From NCBI RefSeq assembly GCF_000143415.4, contig NW_003314423.1:163398-227397 (forward strand): DNA of 64,000 bases, given 5' to 3'. Origin of the DNA: Selaginella moellendorffii (taxonomy: Eukaryota > Plantae > Lycopodiophyta). How positions within the stretch are numbered: position 1 is the first letter of the stretch; each line of letters opens with the position of its first letter. The position numbers were made by a program, and so were the translations under genes. Below the pieces are notes generated by a model that was not told where the DNA came from, searched no databases, and saw only the letters and a list, made by a program, of their open reading frames with translations. Shown here piece by piece: positions 1 through 13,897 of the stretch.

Positions 1-1524
1 CTCATATGAAATGCATGGGGGCCAAGTGCGAGTAGCAATAGCATTTTCCCTAGCCATTCCTACACTCTAAACAAATTGAAATTTCAATGTTGAAAGCATC
101 CTTTGTCGGTATTTATACTAAGAAAAGATCTAGGGGTTAAAGTTTAAATTGTCAGTCTCAAAAATAGGACTTAGAATNNNNNNNNNNNNNNNNNNNNNNN
201 NNNNNNNNNNNNNNNNNNNNNNNNNNNNNNNNNNNNNNNNNNNNNNNNNNNNNNNNNNNNNNNNNNNNNNNNNNNNNNNNNNNNNNNNNNNNNNNNNNNN
301 NNNNNNNNNNNNNNNNNNNNNNNNNNNNNNNNNNNNNNNNNNNNNNNNNNNNNNNNNNNNNNNNNNNNNNNNNNNNNNNNNNNNNNNNNNNNNNNNNNNN
401 NNNNNNNNNNNNNNNNNNNNNNNNNNNNNNNNNNNNNNNNNNNNNNNNNNNNNNNNNNNNNNNNNNNNNNNNNNNNNNNNNNNNNNNNNNNNNNNNNNNN
501 NNNNNNNNNNNNNNNNNNNNNNNNNNNNNNNNNNNNNNNNNNNNNNNNNNNNNNNNNNNNNNNNNNNNNNNNNNNNNNNNNNNNNNNNNNNNNNNNNNNN
601 NNNNNNNNNNNNNNNNNNNNNNNNNNNNNNNNNNNNNNNNNNNNNNNNNNNNNNNNNNNNNNNNNNNNNNNNNNNNNNNNNNNNNNNNNNNNNNNNNNNN
701 NNNNNNNNNNNNNNNNNNNNNNNNNNNNNNNNNNNNNNNNNNNNNNNNNNNNNNNNNNNNNNNNNNNNNNNNNNNNNNNNNNNNNNNNNNNNNNNNNNNN
801 NNNNNNNNNNNNNNNNNNNNNNNNNNNNNNNNNNNNNNNNNNNNNNNNNNNNNNNNNNNNNNNNNNNNNNNNNNNNNNNNNNNNNNNNNNNNNNNNNNNN
901 NNNNNNNNNNNNNNNNNNNNNNNNNNNNNNNNNNNNNNNNNNNNNNNNNNNNNNNNNNNNNNNNNNNNNNNNNNNNNNNNNNCATTTTTATCAATAGTGA
1001 CAGTGGTCTCCACATTCCCAGATGGGTAATAAGGACCAGGTATGTAATATGGAGATTGTGGTAGTGAAACAAAATTAACATTCTCACATTTCTGTATGCT
1101 AGAACTATTTACAGATTTTTTGTCTTCCTTGCTTTCCATCTCTGTAAACCCTAAAAAATGAACGAGTGAATCAATGTTCCAAATTATTTATATATTTTTG
1201 GTCAATTGTTGAAATGTTAAAATGTTGAAATGTACAATAGGTTCATTCGAACTTCAATATTCCTATTTTATAAAGCCCAAAATTTTCTATGGGTTCAAAC
1301 AAACTTCAAATTCTAGAAACAGTATTTTATTGTATAAATTGCATTAGAAAGATTCAAAAAATAAAAATTTCTCTGAACCATTAATACCTAAATTCATAAA
1401 TTTCAAGTTCACCAAATAATAACATTTTTCTGACTTAATATTTCCTTATAAGACTTATGGTTGACTATGTTGACTAGCATTGACTTGAGCTAAATTGAGC
1501 TCAACTCAACTTTGGACCATCCCC
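1..1524. mobile_element. Right-end fragment of Mutator-like family A (copy A0)
   Basis: Ends in ...tcaactcaactttggaccatcccc (1524), identical to the A1 right terminus at 20018. Bases 1-177 match about 54412-54590, and 983-1157 match 55820-55903 joined to 62964-63050. Confidence 0.85.
983..1139 (-). CDS. Small 'SLPQSPYYxPG' accessory ORF of A0 (runs into a gap)
   Basis: MESKEDKK...NFVSLPQSPYYIPGPYYPSGNVETTVTIDKN is homologous to the ORFs at 19414-19662 and 41314-41571. Confidence 0.7.
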
Positions 1525-3700
1525 TCCAGCATGTGAAATCCCACTCCCTCACCAATCTTATCATCTTGGGACACACATGGCACCTCCAAGTAGATGCTAA
1601 AACATACTGGATGTAGAGAATGATGCAAATTAGTGATCATATCAAAACTGGCAAGCTGTATAATGCTCATGGCTGCTCCTTGTAAAAGACAACTCCAGCT
1701 TCTATACCTCCTACTCCTACTCCTACCAAGATTCCAACATGTCCAGCTTTTCCAGCCGAGCTCACAGTTGTTTTTCTCGAGCTTCTCAACGATCCATCAC
1801 TGCCAAAAATGGGGGTATTCAGCATCTACAATTTTTCTATATCCAATGCTACTATTGAACCATCTATGGCCATTTGCTCTAGTGTTATACAATCCCCATC
1901 ACAATCCTTAAGGTGAGAAAACTTGATTGGACTATTTTGCCATAGGCACTTCTAGCAGTTCGAGAGGCATTTAGGAGGCTCATATTTAGCCACATGCCAA
2001 TCCTATGCAACTCTTCTCCTTGCTCCATTCCACAGCATATGCTCACAAAAGGTGGTGATCTTCCTTGGATACCACTAGTAGCAACCAATTGCTTGGGCTA
2101 TTTATTTGAGGATTGAGCTTCTTGGGAGTTCACAGCCCTCTCAACAGTGGTAGATGAGTTTCTAGTTGAAGCTGCAGCTAAAGACAATGTGAAAGTAGCN
2201 NNNNNNNNNNNNNNNNNNNNNNNNNNNNNNNNNNNNNNNNNNNNNNNNNNNNNNNNNNNNNNNNNNNNNNNNNNNNNNNNNNNNNNNNNNNNNNNNNNNN
2301 NNNNNNNNNNNNNNNNNNNNNNNNNNNNNNNNNNNNNNNNNNNNNNNNNNNNNNNNNNNNNNNNNNNNNNNNNNNNNNNNNNNNNNNNNNNNNNNNNNNN
2401 NNNNNNNNNNNNNNATTTCTCAATATCCTTTATTTGGACCTTATATCCATTATATTGTTTACTCTTGTTTACTAACTTTATCTTTCCAGGACACACTCAT
2501 AGATCCATATATTTTATCATGAATCCTTAAAAGCTCGACAGACAACACTTTTGCAACTACTCAATCCATTATCTCAGTTCCAAGTCTTTTTCCTCCCCAT
2601 CAAGGAGAAAAGATCTAAGCTCCTCACAACACTACTTGGACATGGCACATGCTAGGTATGGTGCACAATGGGGTGCATCCCTTAAATGTGGTGGAAACAC
2701 TGCTCTAATCTCTATTTTCAACTTTGGCCACACTCAAGAGTCTTTGCATGGCTTCCTTGACACTTAGGGAAATTTTCTTTAGTTTGCAGCAGCTCTACAT
2801 CACCCTGGAGTCACTACTCAACTACTTCGACAAGGTATTGCATAGTTACATGGCTTTGGGTTTCATCATATTTCAGCTCTGATTCTCAGCATGATGTCAT
2901 CAAATATGGAGCTTTCACAGACACCATTCTCACACAAAGATCTAATCCAACCACAACCACACAACACATTTGATTTCATGGTAGCTTTCCCAAGCATCAA
3001 CACTTTGTTCACCCACCAGACTTTTATAAGCACTCAGAGCTACTTTCTCCACTTCAACAGCATCAACACTCCCCATCTAGGAGCAGCCAGCACAGCCAGA
3101 CATCATGCTCCAAGTCTCATATCAACATTTCTTATGGTCCTAGATTCTATTGATATTGCAAGCTTTGGATCATCATATCTAACTTTAACTTAACTTTCCA
3201 TGGAATCCAAGGCCTTCTCTAAGATTCCCTTTGCTCTGTAGAGATAAGCTTTTTCAAGACAACACTTAGGAAAAGCTTGACTCACCACCTCCTTTACTAG
3301 TGGTGAATTCTTTCCTCTCTTAGCTTTATTTTCTTTTCCTCTTTGTTTTTCACTTATTTCTCATAACCTTCCAAGCCATACCCTCTTGCTGACACAAGCT
3401 CAAGCTTGGATTCTAGCCTTGAGGTGGCCTTACTCCATTCATCTGGGAGTTTGTTCATCTTTTGGCCTTTTCCCCTTTGTTCCCAAGTTCTTGTCTCTAT
3501 CACTTTCAGGAACACATCCTCCTCTTCACTCCCATCTACTTGCATTCATAAACCATCACTTTATTCACTTTTATAATCATTGCATTCTATCACCACAAAT
3601 ACCCACTTTTGGTTTTTCATCATTTCTACACAATGCATATATGGTACTTGGGATCTTCCAACATCACTCTATCAAGAAGACTTTGAGCAATATAACATAA
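1525..3700 (-). pseudogene. Highly decayed, possibly LINE-derived sequence
   Basis: Only a weak endonuclease-like remnant (LD*IFV near 2930-2950, compare RLDRIF). No intact ORF. Confidence 0.25.
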
Positions 3701-3734
3701 CAAAAATCACATTTTTTAGATATCAAAGACAAAA

Positions 3735-5410
3735 GATATAGCTTGATCTAAGGAGTGGATATCATCAGATTGCAATGGATGATGCATCTATCTCCAAAAT
3801 AACATTCAACACAAGCTTTGGGCATTTTGAGTTTATAGATATGCTATTTGGTTTAATGAATGCACTAGCCATATTTACTCGGTTGATGATGAAGGTATTT
3901 GGACGTTATCTTCATGAGTTTATGGAGATTTTCTTGGACGATATTCTTGTTTTCAGCAAGAATATGGAGGAGCATAAGGTTCATTTGTGCAAGNNNNNNN
4001 NNNNNNNNNNNNNNNNNNNNNNNNNNNNNNNNNNNNNNNNNNNNNNNNNNNNNNNNNNNNNNNNNNNNNNNNNNNNNNNNNNNNNNNNNNNNNTCCACAT
4101 ATAAACAAGAGTTACTCTTTATTGTTCATGCTTTGCAGACGTGGCGGCACTATCTTTTTGGTGCAGTGTTTATACTGTTGACGGATCACAAACCTTTTGT
4201 GTATTTTTTCACACAAGAGTTGAACACTAGGCAAGCTTGTTGGATGGTCAAATTCATAGAGTTTGGGGAGTTTCCTATTGAGCATCATCCGGGAAAATCA
4301 AATGTGATGGCAGATGCTTTATCTTGTGTTCATCATGTGACGGCATTACAAACACAGTTTTGTCATCATTTGAATAAAGTGGTCAATATGTTTGGGCAGT
4401 TGGTTAAGCATGCTCAAGTTCAAGATGCTAAGGTGGCCTCTTTGCGAGACCAAATGGAAGCCCCTTTCTCATTGGTGGATAAGATTCTCTATTACGATAG
4501 CCGTGTATATTTTCTACAGGTGGATGCATTAATTACTCAAGTTTTATTCCACTATCATGATCATCCAGAGGCTGATCATTTTGGGGGGGAAGAAGACGTA
4601 TGAGTTGATTAAGCGCAATTTTTATTGAAGGAATATGAAAATTGATATCCTCGAGTATTGTAAATCATGCGAGCTTTGTCAGCAGGTTAAAGTGCCACGG
4701 GAAAAGCCGAAGGGACTTTTGCAACCATTACTTATTCCTTAGAGCTATTGGTGTAGTATCTCTATGGACTTTATCACTTGTTTGCCACGAACATAGAGGT
4801 AAAAGGAGTAAGTATGGGTTATAGTGGATTGGTTGACGAAGTATATGTGGTTGTTGGCTCTTCGGAAGACTGTTACTGCCTTAGACTTAGTTGCGGTCTA
4901 CTTAGAGAAGGTTTTTCCTGATTTTGGTTTGCCAGAGGACATCATTAATGATCGAGATTCAAAGTTCACAAGTGGATTTTGGAAGAGTTTGCAAAGGCTA
5001 TGCAAGTGACTTTGAAACTCTTGAGTGGAGATCATCCTTAGATGGATAGGCAAACCAAATATGTGAATCANNNNNNNNNNNNNNNNNNNNNNNNNNNNNN
5101 NNNNNNNNNNNNNNNNNNNNNNNNNNNNNNNNNNNNNNNNNNNNNNNNNNNNNNNNNNNNNNNNNNNNNNAACTCAGAATAGAGCAAAGAGGTTTGCTAA
5201 TGAGTATCGCCAATCCGGGAGTATAAAGTGAGTGATCTCGTCTTTGTGTGAGTAATCTTCCCATCAAATGAATGGTAGAACACCTTGGTGCCTTTATGAA
5301 CAGGAAAAAGTGACAAATTTTGCCATCAATATGTTGGTCCATATGAAGTGTTGGAGCACATTGGTAAAGCGGCTTATTGGGTGCAGTCATTCGGTATTTT
5401 ATGTCAGTTA
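3735..5410 (+). pseudogene. Ty3/Gypsy pol remnant (RT, RNase H, integrase)
   Basis: DLRSGYHQI; MLFGLMNA; FLDDILVFS; ELLFIVHALQTWRHYL; TDHKP; PGKSNVMADALS; HDHPEADHFG; INDRDSKFTSGFW. Many stops and frameshifts. Confidence 0.9.
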
Positions 5411-5511
5411 GTTGAAAGGTATACTATCTCTGAGTGACGGGCCCAATGCCTCCTTAATGTATATGGCTGTGGAAAATGGACTAGGAGCTTGAGCAGGGTT
5501 CCCTAGAAAGG

Positions 5512-6511
5512 TGTGAGACACAAAATCCCTAGGCCCTAAAGTGGAGCCGGAAGGGTGCCACGTGGTAGTGGCCGAAGCGAAAGCCAAACGAGCGTAACAC
5601 GTTTGGACTAAAAACTTCAATTTAAAAGGTCGAGAGCAGGAGTGGAACTCTTAACAAAGTGCTCGAGGAACAAGCACGAAGCGAGCAATAAGCGAGGCTC
5701 CAAAAAGGGACCCAAAAGGACCAACACATGACACGTGGAAGTGTCCAAGATGGACCTGAGTTGGAGTCCGAGATGGAGTCCGAGGTGGAGTCCGAGATGG
5801 AGTCCGAAATGGAGTCCAAGGTGGAGTCTGAGATGGAGTCCGAGATGGACCGAGACAGAGTCCAAGATGGAGTCCGAGATGGACCAAGACAGAGTCCGAG
5901 ATGGAGTCTGAGATGGACCGAGATGGAGTCCGAGATGGACTGAGACAGAGTCCGAGATGGAGTCCGAGATGGACCGAGACGGAGTCCGAGATGGAATCCG
6001 AGATGGAGTCCGAGAAGGACCCAAGATGGAGTCCGAGGTTGAGACCGAGACCGGTACCGAGACCGGGACTAAGACTGAGACCGAGACCGAGACCGGGACC
6101 GAGACCGAGCCCGAGGCCAAGGCCGAGACCGAGCCCGAGCCTGAGTCCGATTCCGAGTCCGAGTCCGAGTCTGAGAGGGTGAAAGCCCAATGCGTTCGTC
6201 TCCCAGACCTTGGGGGATTTGGTGAGCTCCAAAAGTATAGTAAGGTGGAGGACTGCAGTGGAGCCAGTTTGGCCAGGAAAGGCCAGTTTAGCCCAGGAAG
6301 GCTGTACCCAGTGTTGGGTGATGAGCTGCCCACTGGGAAGTCCAAGACTAAAGTGAACACAGACCGACAAGCGGGGTAGCTTGGTGAAGTGTTCAAGAGC
6401 TGGCTCTAGTTCCCCCGGGAGATCGACTGGCCGATGCTCCCAGTCCAAGTGTGGGTGGCACTACCTACTTGGATACCTGATGTGGCTCAACGGAACCCGC
6501 TCTAAGCCCAT
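5512..6511. mobile_element. LTR-like insertion containing a GAGTCCGAGATG/GAGACC minisatellite
   Basis: Begins TGTGAG. The 6/12-bp repeat array at about 5755-6175 resembles, in reverse, the array in the solo LTR at 32690-32820. The right end lies in a gap. Confidence 0.55.
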
Positions 6512-6746
6512 NNNNNNNNNNNNNNNNNNNNNNNNNNNNNNNNNNNNNNNNNNNNNNNNNNNNNNNNNNNNNNNNNNNNNNNNNNNNNNNNNNNNNNNNN
6601 NNNNNNNNNNNNNNNNNNNNNNNNNNNNNNNNNNNNNNNNNNNNNNNNNNNNNNNGTTAAGTGACTAAAGTAGAATGGAGAAATTAATCACTTATAAAAG
6701 TGTGTGATCACCGGTACAATGCTGGCCTTGGGACGAGGACTTTATT

Positions 6747-7040
6747 GGGGAGGGGGGGGGGGAAGAATTGTTAGGCACCAGCTTTGACCATGTGGTCAAC
6801 ATCGGTCAAAAGGAGGCTCAAGGGTATATTAAGGCATGTTAGGGTAAAGGACTTCACCTAATAGTGGAGCGGCGCACAATGGAACTTTTGAGGTAGTTTG
6901 GGGGTGGTTAGGTGGTGAGGAACCTTAAGAGGAGGTATAACATAGTTTAGGAAGACTAGATCTTTGTATTTTTTGTGTCAGATCATAACACTATCCTCTA
7001 GAAGTGACATATTTCTAAAGTTAGGATTTTGCCCTTTGCC
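6747..7040 (+). mobile_element. Polypurine tract and 3' LTR of the plus-strand Gypsy element
   Basis: ggggaggggggggggaagaa followed by TGTTAGG at about 6769. The right boundary is approximate. Confidence 0.5.
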
Positions 7041-7399
7041 ATGGAGTGTCGAGTTTGAGTCCTTATAATAACTCTCTTGAGTTTTCTCTTTGTTGGTGTG
7101 GTAGCATTGGAGAAGCTTGCTTCATGTTGGTCTTTGGCATGCTTGTTGATGAGTCTTAAGAGATTTATTGATCTCTAAATCTTGTTTTTGGTCAAAGTCT
7201 TCAAGTTGATGTTTTTCTTCATGTGGCTTTCTTGAGCTTGATTCTTTAAAGTCTTTCTTATGTTGGATTTATGAACTTGAGCTTTATGTTTCTTGACTGT
7301 GTCGAGTTCTTGAGTTTAAACTTTGTATACCTTGAATGTGTTGAATTCTTAAAGTCAAGTCTTCATAGTCTTGATCTCTTGATCTTCATGCTTGTAATT

Positions 7400-8310
7400 C
7401 TTCTTGATGTTTTGTTTTTAATCTTCTAAGTTGAAACTTTCATTTCTTTCAAGGTTGTTGTTGATGATGTTTAAGTCGTATGATTGGTATTTCTTGAGCT
7501 TGTTGAGATTAATGGTTTGGATATGCTCACCATCGAGTGTTGTGATTGCTGCTATTCTTAGGGCTTTGAATTCTTGGATAAGGAATGGTCCTTTCCATCT
7601 TGACTTCACTTTAGAGCCAATTTTCTTGATGTTTCTTTGAAACTAGAGTACTTGATTATTGATCTTAAATTCTTCATTTTTCTTTAGTCTTCTCTTTCTG
7701 TCGTGGTTGGCTTTTCTTTGAGCTTGAATAGTTTAGAGTGTCCAAATTGTTTTTAGTCTTTCTTCATCAAGTTTTTCTAATGTTGCTAGCCTTCTCTTGA
7801 TTGATTCTTCTTGGTTGATCTCGTAGTGTATTGCCATTCACATAAAGGAACAATATACTCAAGTGGTGTCAAGGCTTCTAAGCTCTAGGTGAGCTTGAAT
7901 GGTGTTGAATTTGTTTGATATGCCCATTGGGCGTCATGAATGCGATCATCCCAGTCTTTCAGTCCAACAAAGTCAAGTCCCCATCATTGACTTAAGTGTC
8001 TAAATTTCTTGTAGTCTTTTTTTGTCAAGTTTTTCTAGCGTTGGTAGTTTTTTCTTGATTGATTCTTCTTGGTTGATCTTGTAATGTATTGCCATTCGCA
8101 ATGAAGGAATGATGTACTTGAGTGGTGTTAAGGCTTCTAAGCCATAGGTGAGCTTGAATGGTGTTGAATTTGTTGAAACCTTATATGTAGTTTGATATGC
8201 CCATTGGGCATCATGAATGCGATCATCCCAATCTTTCTGATTTGTCTTCATGATTTTCTTGAGGATGTTCTTGAATGTCTTGTTTGTAGACTTTGCTTAA
8301 CTGTTGCCTT
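7400..8310 (-). pseudogene. Gypsy element E, integrase C-terminal part (host of A1)
   Basis: KDWDDRIHDAQWAYQTTYKVSTNSTPFKLTYG; KSRWKGPF. A partial duplication at about 7741-7990 repeats 8000-8250. Joins 20027 to restore STMYYPQGN. Confidence 0.85.
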
Positions 8311-8847
8311 GAGGGTAAGGGTGTGGACCATACTTGAGCTCACGAGTTGAAGAGTTGAGCTCACGAGTTGAGCTCAATTTTCAATTGTAATTTAGTACAA
8401 ACATTATAAATTTTAATGGCGAACCTAATAATTTAATAACTCTCTATATATTATATAGATAAAAATGTTCTAAAGAACACTTTTTGTTCTAATAATTTAA
8501 ATATTTACTACATGCAATGATAGGGACATTTGTTAGAACATAAAATAAAATGTTTGCAAAAAGAGTATTCTTGTCACTTCTTTAAATTTGTACTCTATGC
8601 TTTCTGGCTAGTAAATGTTAGGTTTGTCAGAATTAAAAAATTATTAAATTTGAAATAAGATTCTATGTAAAGCCATATAACCGTTTGAAAGGAAAAAAAA
8701 TAACCGTTGATGTAAACTTATTGCATATAAAAAAAAGACTTGGTTCTTTGTAGAATACATTCTTGAGGGGTTTGTCGTAGCATACTGTCTAGAATTTATA
8801 GATCTTCATTCACACTCTTATTCGAAAAAAGGGAAATATACCCACAA

Positions 8848-9300
8848 ATGTCTATGGGTTCTAGTATTGGTAATTTTAACTCTCACAATCTTTCTTCCCA
8901 GGGTTCAAGGGCTAGGAGATGCAATAACTATCCCATTGCACAGCATAACCAAATCACACAAGAGAATGAAAGAGAGGATAGTGAGAATAATGATCATGAG
9001 TTGGAGATAAATGCAATGACAAAAGGTGCAACAAATTGGGTGAAAAAGAATGCCCTCTTACTTGTTTTAGAAAAGTGCAATTCTGCCACTTTCAAGAAGT
9101 GCCCCATATGTTTTCTAGCATCAGGTGGAAACAATGGCAATGATCAGTATGATGGTATATATGCTCTTGCGACACACTGCAACATCACGCACCCAAAAGA
9201 CTACCATGAAATCTTTTTTGAGATGGTAAAGACAAAAATGAAGACACACGAGTACTATGGGCAGTATTGCGAGAAGAACACTCGGAAGCATATAAAATGA
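8848..9300 (+). CDS. Accessory ORF with a CxxC...HxxxxH zinc-finger-like motif
   Basis: FKKCPICFL...LATHCNITHPKDYHEIFF. Conserved in the A2 copy at 29956-30402. Confidence 0.6.
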   Translation: MSMGSSIGNFNSHNLSSQGSRARRCNNYPIAQHNQITQENEREDSENNDHELEINAMTKGATNWVKKNALLLVLEKCNSATFKKCPICFLASGGNNGNDQYDGIYALATHCNITHPKDYHEIFFEMVKTKMKTHEYYGQYCEKNTRKHIK

Positions 9301-9439
9301 AAAGTGAAATGAAAAAGCACATTTTTATTAATTATATAAAGTATAATAAGTTTTATTGATAGAGAATAAACATCGATAGTGTTGGAGAAATCTAATTAGC
9401 TCCAAAAGTTTTTTGTAACTCGGCAATAGTAAGGCTTGC

Positions 9440-12400
9440 TTAGTGTATATGAATATCCACTTTAGGATCCTGGTGCAAGATGTTAATGAAGATGTAGTAC
9501 ATATGCTTGCAAGGAGCATATGCCTTCCCATATTCCTCACGCTTCGTAAAGTCTGGACATGTGCAAGAAGGAAAGTCGTGAATGGCAATTGTGTACTCTC
9601 CACCTTCTGTTTTGACTGTGTACTCCTTTGCAAGCGCAGTGATGTACTTCGTGGAGAGAATTTCACACTCAAGTGTTTGAGCCAAGTTTATTTTACCTTG
9701 CTTCTGCTTGGAGACGGTACCAATAAATTTAACTACCTTACCTTTTTGTGTTGGCCTCCTGTGCATCTTTGTAGGAATAGTCTTGCTCCTGTCACTCATG
9801 TCTCCAACTCTCCTCTCAAGATTAAAACCAGATTTCTCAAGGTTTTCAATCTCATTCGAGGTGAGCACGACCCCATTAGCAACCGGCCATTCTTTAGGTA
9901 CTACATCAGGTTTAGTCACTATGGTGTCTTCAAGCCGCTTCATATGGTTGGCATCGGTGTTGCAACAATATAGCCAGCACCATCTTGAAAATCCTACTTG
10001 CTTTCGTTCCTCATAGAAATATGGGGCTGGAACAGAAGCAAATTTTTCACCACGAATCCAGGCCCAACACTTGCCTCTCGGAAGCATCCCCACACACCTT
10101 ACATTCGATTTTGCTGGCACACGTCGGATTGCCCATTGCTTTGGCTCCACGCTACGGTAAGCAATTTCAACCTGTTGCGATGCACTCTCTTCATCAGCCA
10201 CTTGAGGTGGCTTGGTCCGAGAGTGGTGTCTTGGAGCAGAATGGTACTCGACATTAGGCCTGTGAGAGCTTTTTGCTCCAAGGTCCGTACCAACATCTTC
10301 CCCAGCAAAGGAAAAACGATGCTTTGAGCGGACAACCTTCATATCACCAATAGAAGCTCGGGGAGTGTACTCCATAGATGTGCCAAGGACCACTTCCTCA
10401 ACTGTAGTTGCCACCGTTCGGGCAGGTGGAGTTAATTTTCTCTTCATCCTATCATGTAACATCTCAATAGAAGGCCCTGTTCCCATGTATCTTCCTTCCT
10501 CAAATGCTAGTGCTTTTGAAGATTGCTCTATAGCACGTATCAAATCTGATAGACAAGCTTCGTATAGACTCATCTTCCCTTTCCCTACCTCAGAGGAACG
10601 CCAACTCCAATGCTTACTTTCGGAGAGATTCACAGTTGGGGTGTATGCAAGGTCCTCAAGTGGTTGATCCTAATGGAAAAAGCAATATTAAAAGGTAATA
10701 AAAGGAGAAGAAAAAATATAAACCAACCTGAAAAGAGTGATGTCCCCATTGGAACATCCTAACTTCCCACCATCCTAACCATGACTCAAGTTGTGGTAGA
10801 CAGCTTACGTCTGTATGGCCATCTTCACGCCACCACATTCAGATCTCGTTTGCTTTTGCCTTATGCTCTTCTTCAGAAGGTGCAACCTACCATTGTTTGC
10901 ACAACTCCTTAAATATTGATTGAAACTCTGGCTTAATAAGGTGGCAGTGTTGGTTTAAGCTTTGAGCCCAATGGAACTCACAAGTTCTCTCACGACCTTC
11001 CAATGGTTGACCATTCCCAAAAACTACTCGGATACCATTCCAGTTTGCACCAGCCTTATCTGCCATGAAACCATGAAAGTTTGCAGGCTTACCAGTCCGC
11101 TTTAGGACAATATCAGAGAGGGACTTCCAAAATATTTCCTGTGTTGTCTAGTCTTGTACTTTAAACTCTACTGTTGCAATTGTTAAGTTACCACGTAACC
11201 AATAAAAACATAAATATTATAACAATTTCAATATAATGAGAATAAAAATTACCTTGGATCATACACATGAGCTCCCATGGTTGTCCAACCAAATACACGC
11301 TCCATATGGTCAAAATGTACCCATGCATTAGCAAGGTCACTAGACCCAAACATGTCCATTCGGGAAACAAGATCTACGCCAGAGACAAGGCCTATGGTAG
11401 ACGTTTTGAAGATGAAGGGGCGTTCTTGCTCATTCACAACTTGGTCTGGAAACAANNNNNNNNNNNNNNNNNNNNNNNNNNNNNNNNNNNNNNNNNNNNN
11501 NNNNNNNNNNNNNNNNNNNNNNNNNNNNNNNNNNNNNNNNNNNNNNNNNNNNNNNNNNNNNNNNNNNNNNNNNNNNNNNNNNNNNNNNNNNNNNNNNNNN
11601 NNNNNNNNNNNNNNNNNNNNNNNNNNNNNNNNNNNNNNNNNNNNNNNNNNNNNNNNNNNNNNNNNNNNNNNNNNNNNNNNNNNNNNNNNNNNNNNNNNNN
11701 NNNNNNNNNNNNNNNNNNNNNNNNNNNNNNNNNNNNNNNNNNNNNNNNNNNNNNNNNNNNNNNNNNNNNNNNNNNNNNNNNNNNNNNNNNNNNNNNNNNN
11801 NNNNNNNNNNNNNNNNNNNNNNNNNNNNNNNNNNNNNNNNNNNNNNNNNNNNNNNNNNNNNNNNNNNNNNNNNNNNNNNNNNNNNNNNNNNNNNNNNNNN
11901 NNNNNNNNNNNNNNNNNNNNNNNNNNNNNNNNNNNNNNNNNNNNNNNNNNNNNNNNNNNNNNNNNNNNNNNNNNNNNNNNNNNNNNNNNNNNNNNNNNNN
12001 NNNNNNNNNNNNNNNNNNNNNNNNNNNNNNNNNNNNNNNNNNAGCGGTCTCGATTGCATGCTTCATCCCACAATCTAAATGCCCGCCACAATGAACTATA
12101 GACACTGTGCCTTCAAAATGTTAGAAGTGTGTGGTCTTGATTTTGCACCAATTGTGGACATCCTGCTTGGTTTCCATCCCCTTCCGTTTGGAACTTGTGT
12201 TGTTGACAAGAGGTGGTAGCTCGAAGAAAATGTTGCCATTGTAGGAGGATGGAAGCTCACTCACAAGCCTATACAAAAACAAGTGCACGTCGATTGAGAG
12301 GCGTGAAAACTAGAAAGCATTGCTAACGGCTTTGAATATTGCTAAAGTTGGAGCTGGAGCTGGAGCTGATGAATTTGGTGCCGACACTAGCATGACATCT

Positions 12401-12735
12401 CCACTTGAACTAGAAGAGGACAAGAGGATAACGATTGACTCTTGCTTCACATTCACTTTGGCTGAAACGCATTTTGGCATTTTGACTGGAGATCCGAACA
12501 CTCGAATCTCCTTCAACTTGGAATTTTGTAAATCCCATTGTTGTCCACCCTCGCCCACACCAAAAAGAAGAAACTCCGAGTATGCAATTATACCGGTGTC
12601 ATTGCGGATCACAGCCTCTAAAGAAATAGAGGCAAGACGAAGATCAAAACGCCGACATAAAAAAATTTCAAAAACAATACTCTGAGAGAATGAAAGAGGT
12701 GGGTGATCTCGAAAATGAAGAAGAAACCTCTCCAT
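9440..12735 (-). pseudogene. MULE-type DDE transposase with C-terminal SWIM zinc finger (multi-exon, premature stops, gap)
   Basis: VHFDH..GWTTMGAHVYDP; GFMADKAGANWNG; ERTCEFHW (MULE CxxH); SWIM CTCPDF...PCKHMYY. Introns at about 11190-11253 and 10671-10727. Confidence 0.8.
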
Positions 12736-13627
12736 CTTTCTTAATAGGTTTTGGAGTTTTCTCTCTTTATGCTACTTATAAAAATCTATAGTGAAACATA
12801 ATTGAAATTTAAATAGAGTACTAAGAAGACAATTTACAAAATGAATTTAAATTCTATAGCAAATTCAACATGTGTAAGTGTGACAGTATTAATATTACTG
12901 TCATCTATTATGATGTCTGATGCATGTATACACATAGATCCAAGGAAAGATTTTCAGCATGTGAAGTTTGATAGTTAATAATGATACCAATAATGACATT
13001 CTGCTATAACGTGTCAAACCAAGAGATCCAATCTAACTATTAGCACGTGTGATATGTCAAGTTGTCAAATTTTAAGTGGTAGATGATAATAAATCTTGTC
13101 AAATCTTATTCTTCAATGACAGATTTGATTCATAGTACAACTCAAGTTTTATCCATAATTGTGAACACTGCTCAATGACATTTAAAGCACGTGCCTATTG
13201 TTTAGGATCTAATACAACATAAAATAAATTTCTGGATGAGGATTCATCCATTCATAGATGGATATAGTATAACATATTTTAACGTGGCTTATTTATACTC
13301 TTTGAAGTTCTTGTAACGATTCCAAAATATGTACAAAATATTGATGAGAATGCATCCTTTCTAGATAATTTGTAAAATATAATATCATATCTCTAAACAG
13401 AAACGTTGATAGGTGCTAGTTATACCATCATTAAAATATACAAAATAAAGAAGCATAATTTACATATAATAATAATGATAAGATAAAATAAGATCAAAGA
13501 TATTATGATAGTTGAAATTTAGGTTATTCGGAATGAACGGCCAGGATTAGAGATTGGTTAGGGTTAGGGCAGCCGTCAGGATTACGGTTAGGGTAGCCGC
13601 CAAGATTAGGTTACTGTTCGCACCGTG

Positions 13628-13870
13628 AATGGAGCGCGCGAGAGATCGAGAGATTGAGTGCGAAGGAGATTGAGGGATTGAGCGCGAAGGAGATCGAGGG
13701 ATTGAGCGCGAAGGAGATCGAGCGATTGAGCGCGCAAGAGATCGAAAGATTGAGCACATGAGCGGGAGAGATTGAGCACGTGAGTGGGAGAGTTTGAGCG
13801 TGCGAGCCGGAGAGATTTAGCGCGCAAGCAGGAGAGATTGAGTGCGCGAGCGGGAGAGATTGAGCGCACA
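13628..13870. repeat. Tandem repeat of about 20-24 bp (GAGATTGAGCGCGAAGGA-like) upstream of the cargo gene ATG
   Basis: Directly visible degenerate units. Confidence 0.85.
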
Positions 13871-13897
13871 AGAAATCTAGAAATCGGGGGAGGAAAG

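Noticed and set aside
149-997. ORFs made mostly of X (also at 2098-2530 and 11249-12105)
   Set aside because: They are read through assembly N-gaps.
5617-6448. Long overlapping ORFs (MESE/LGLH/RPRP repeats)
   Set aside because: These are artefacts of a stop-free minisatellite in an LTR.
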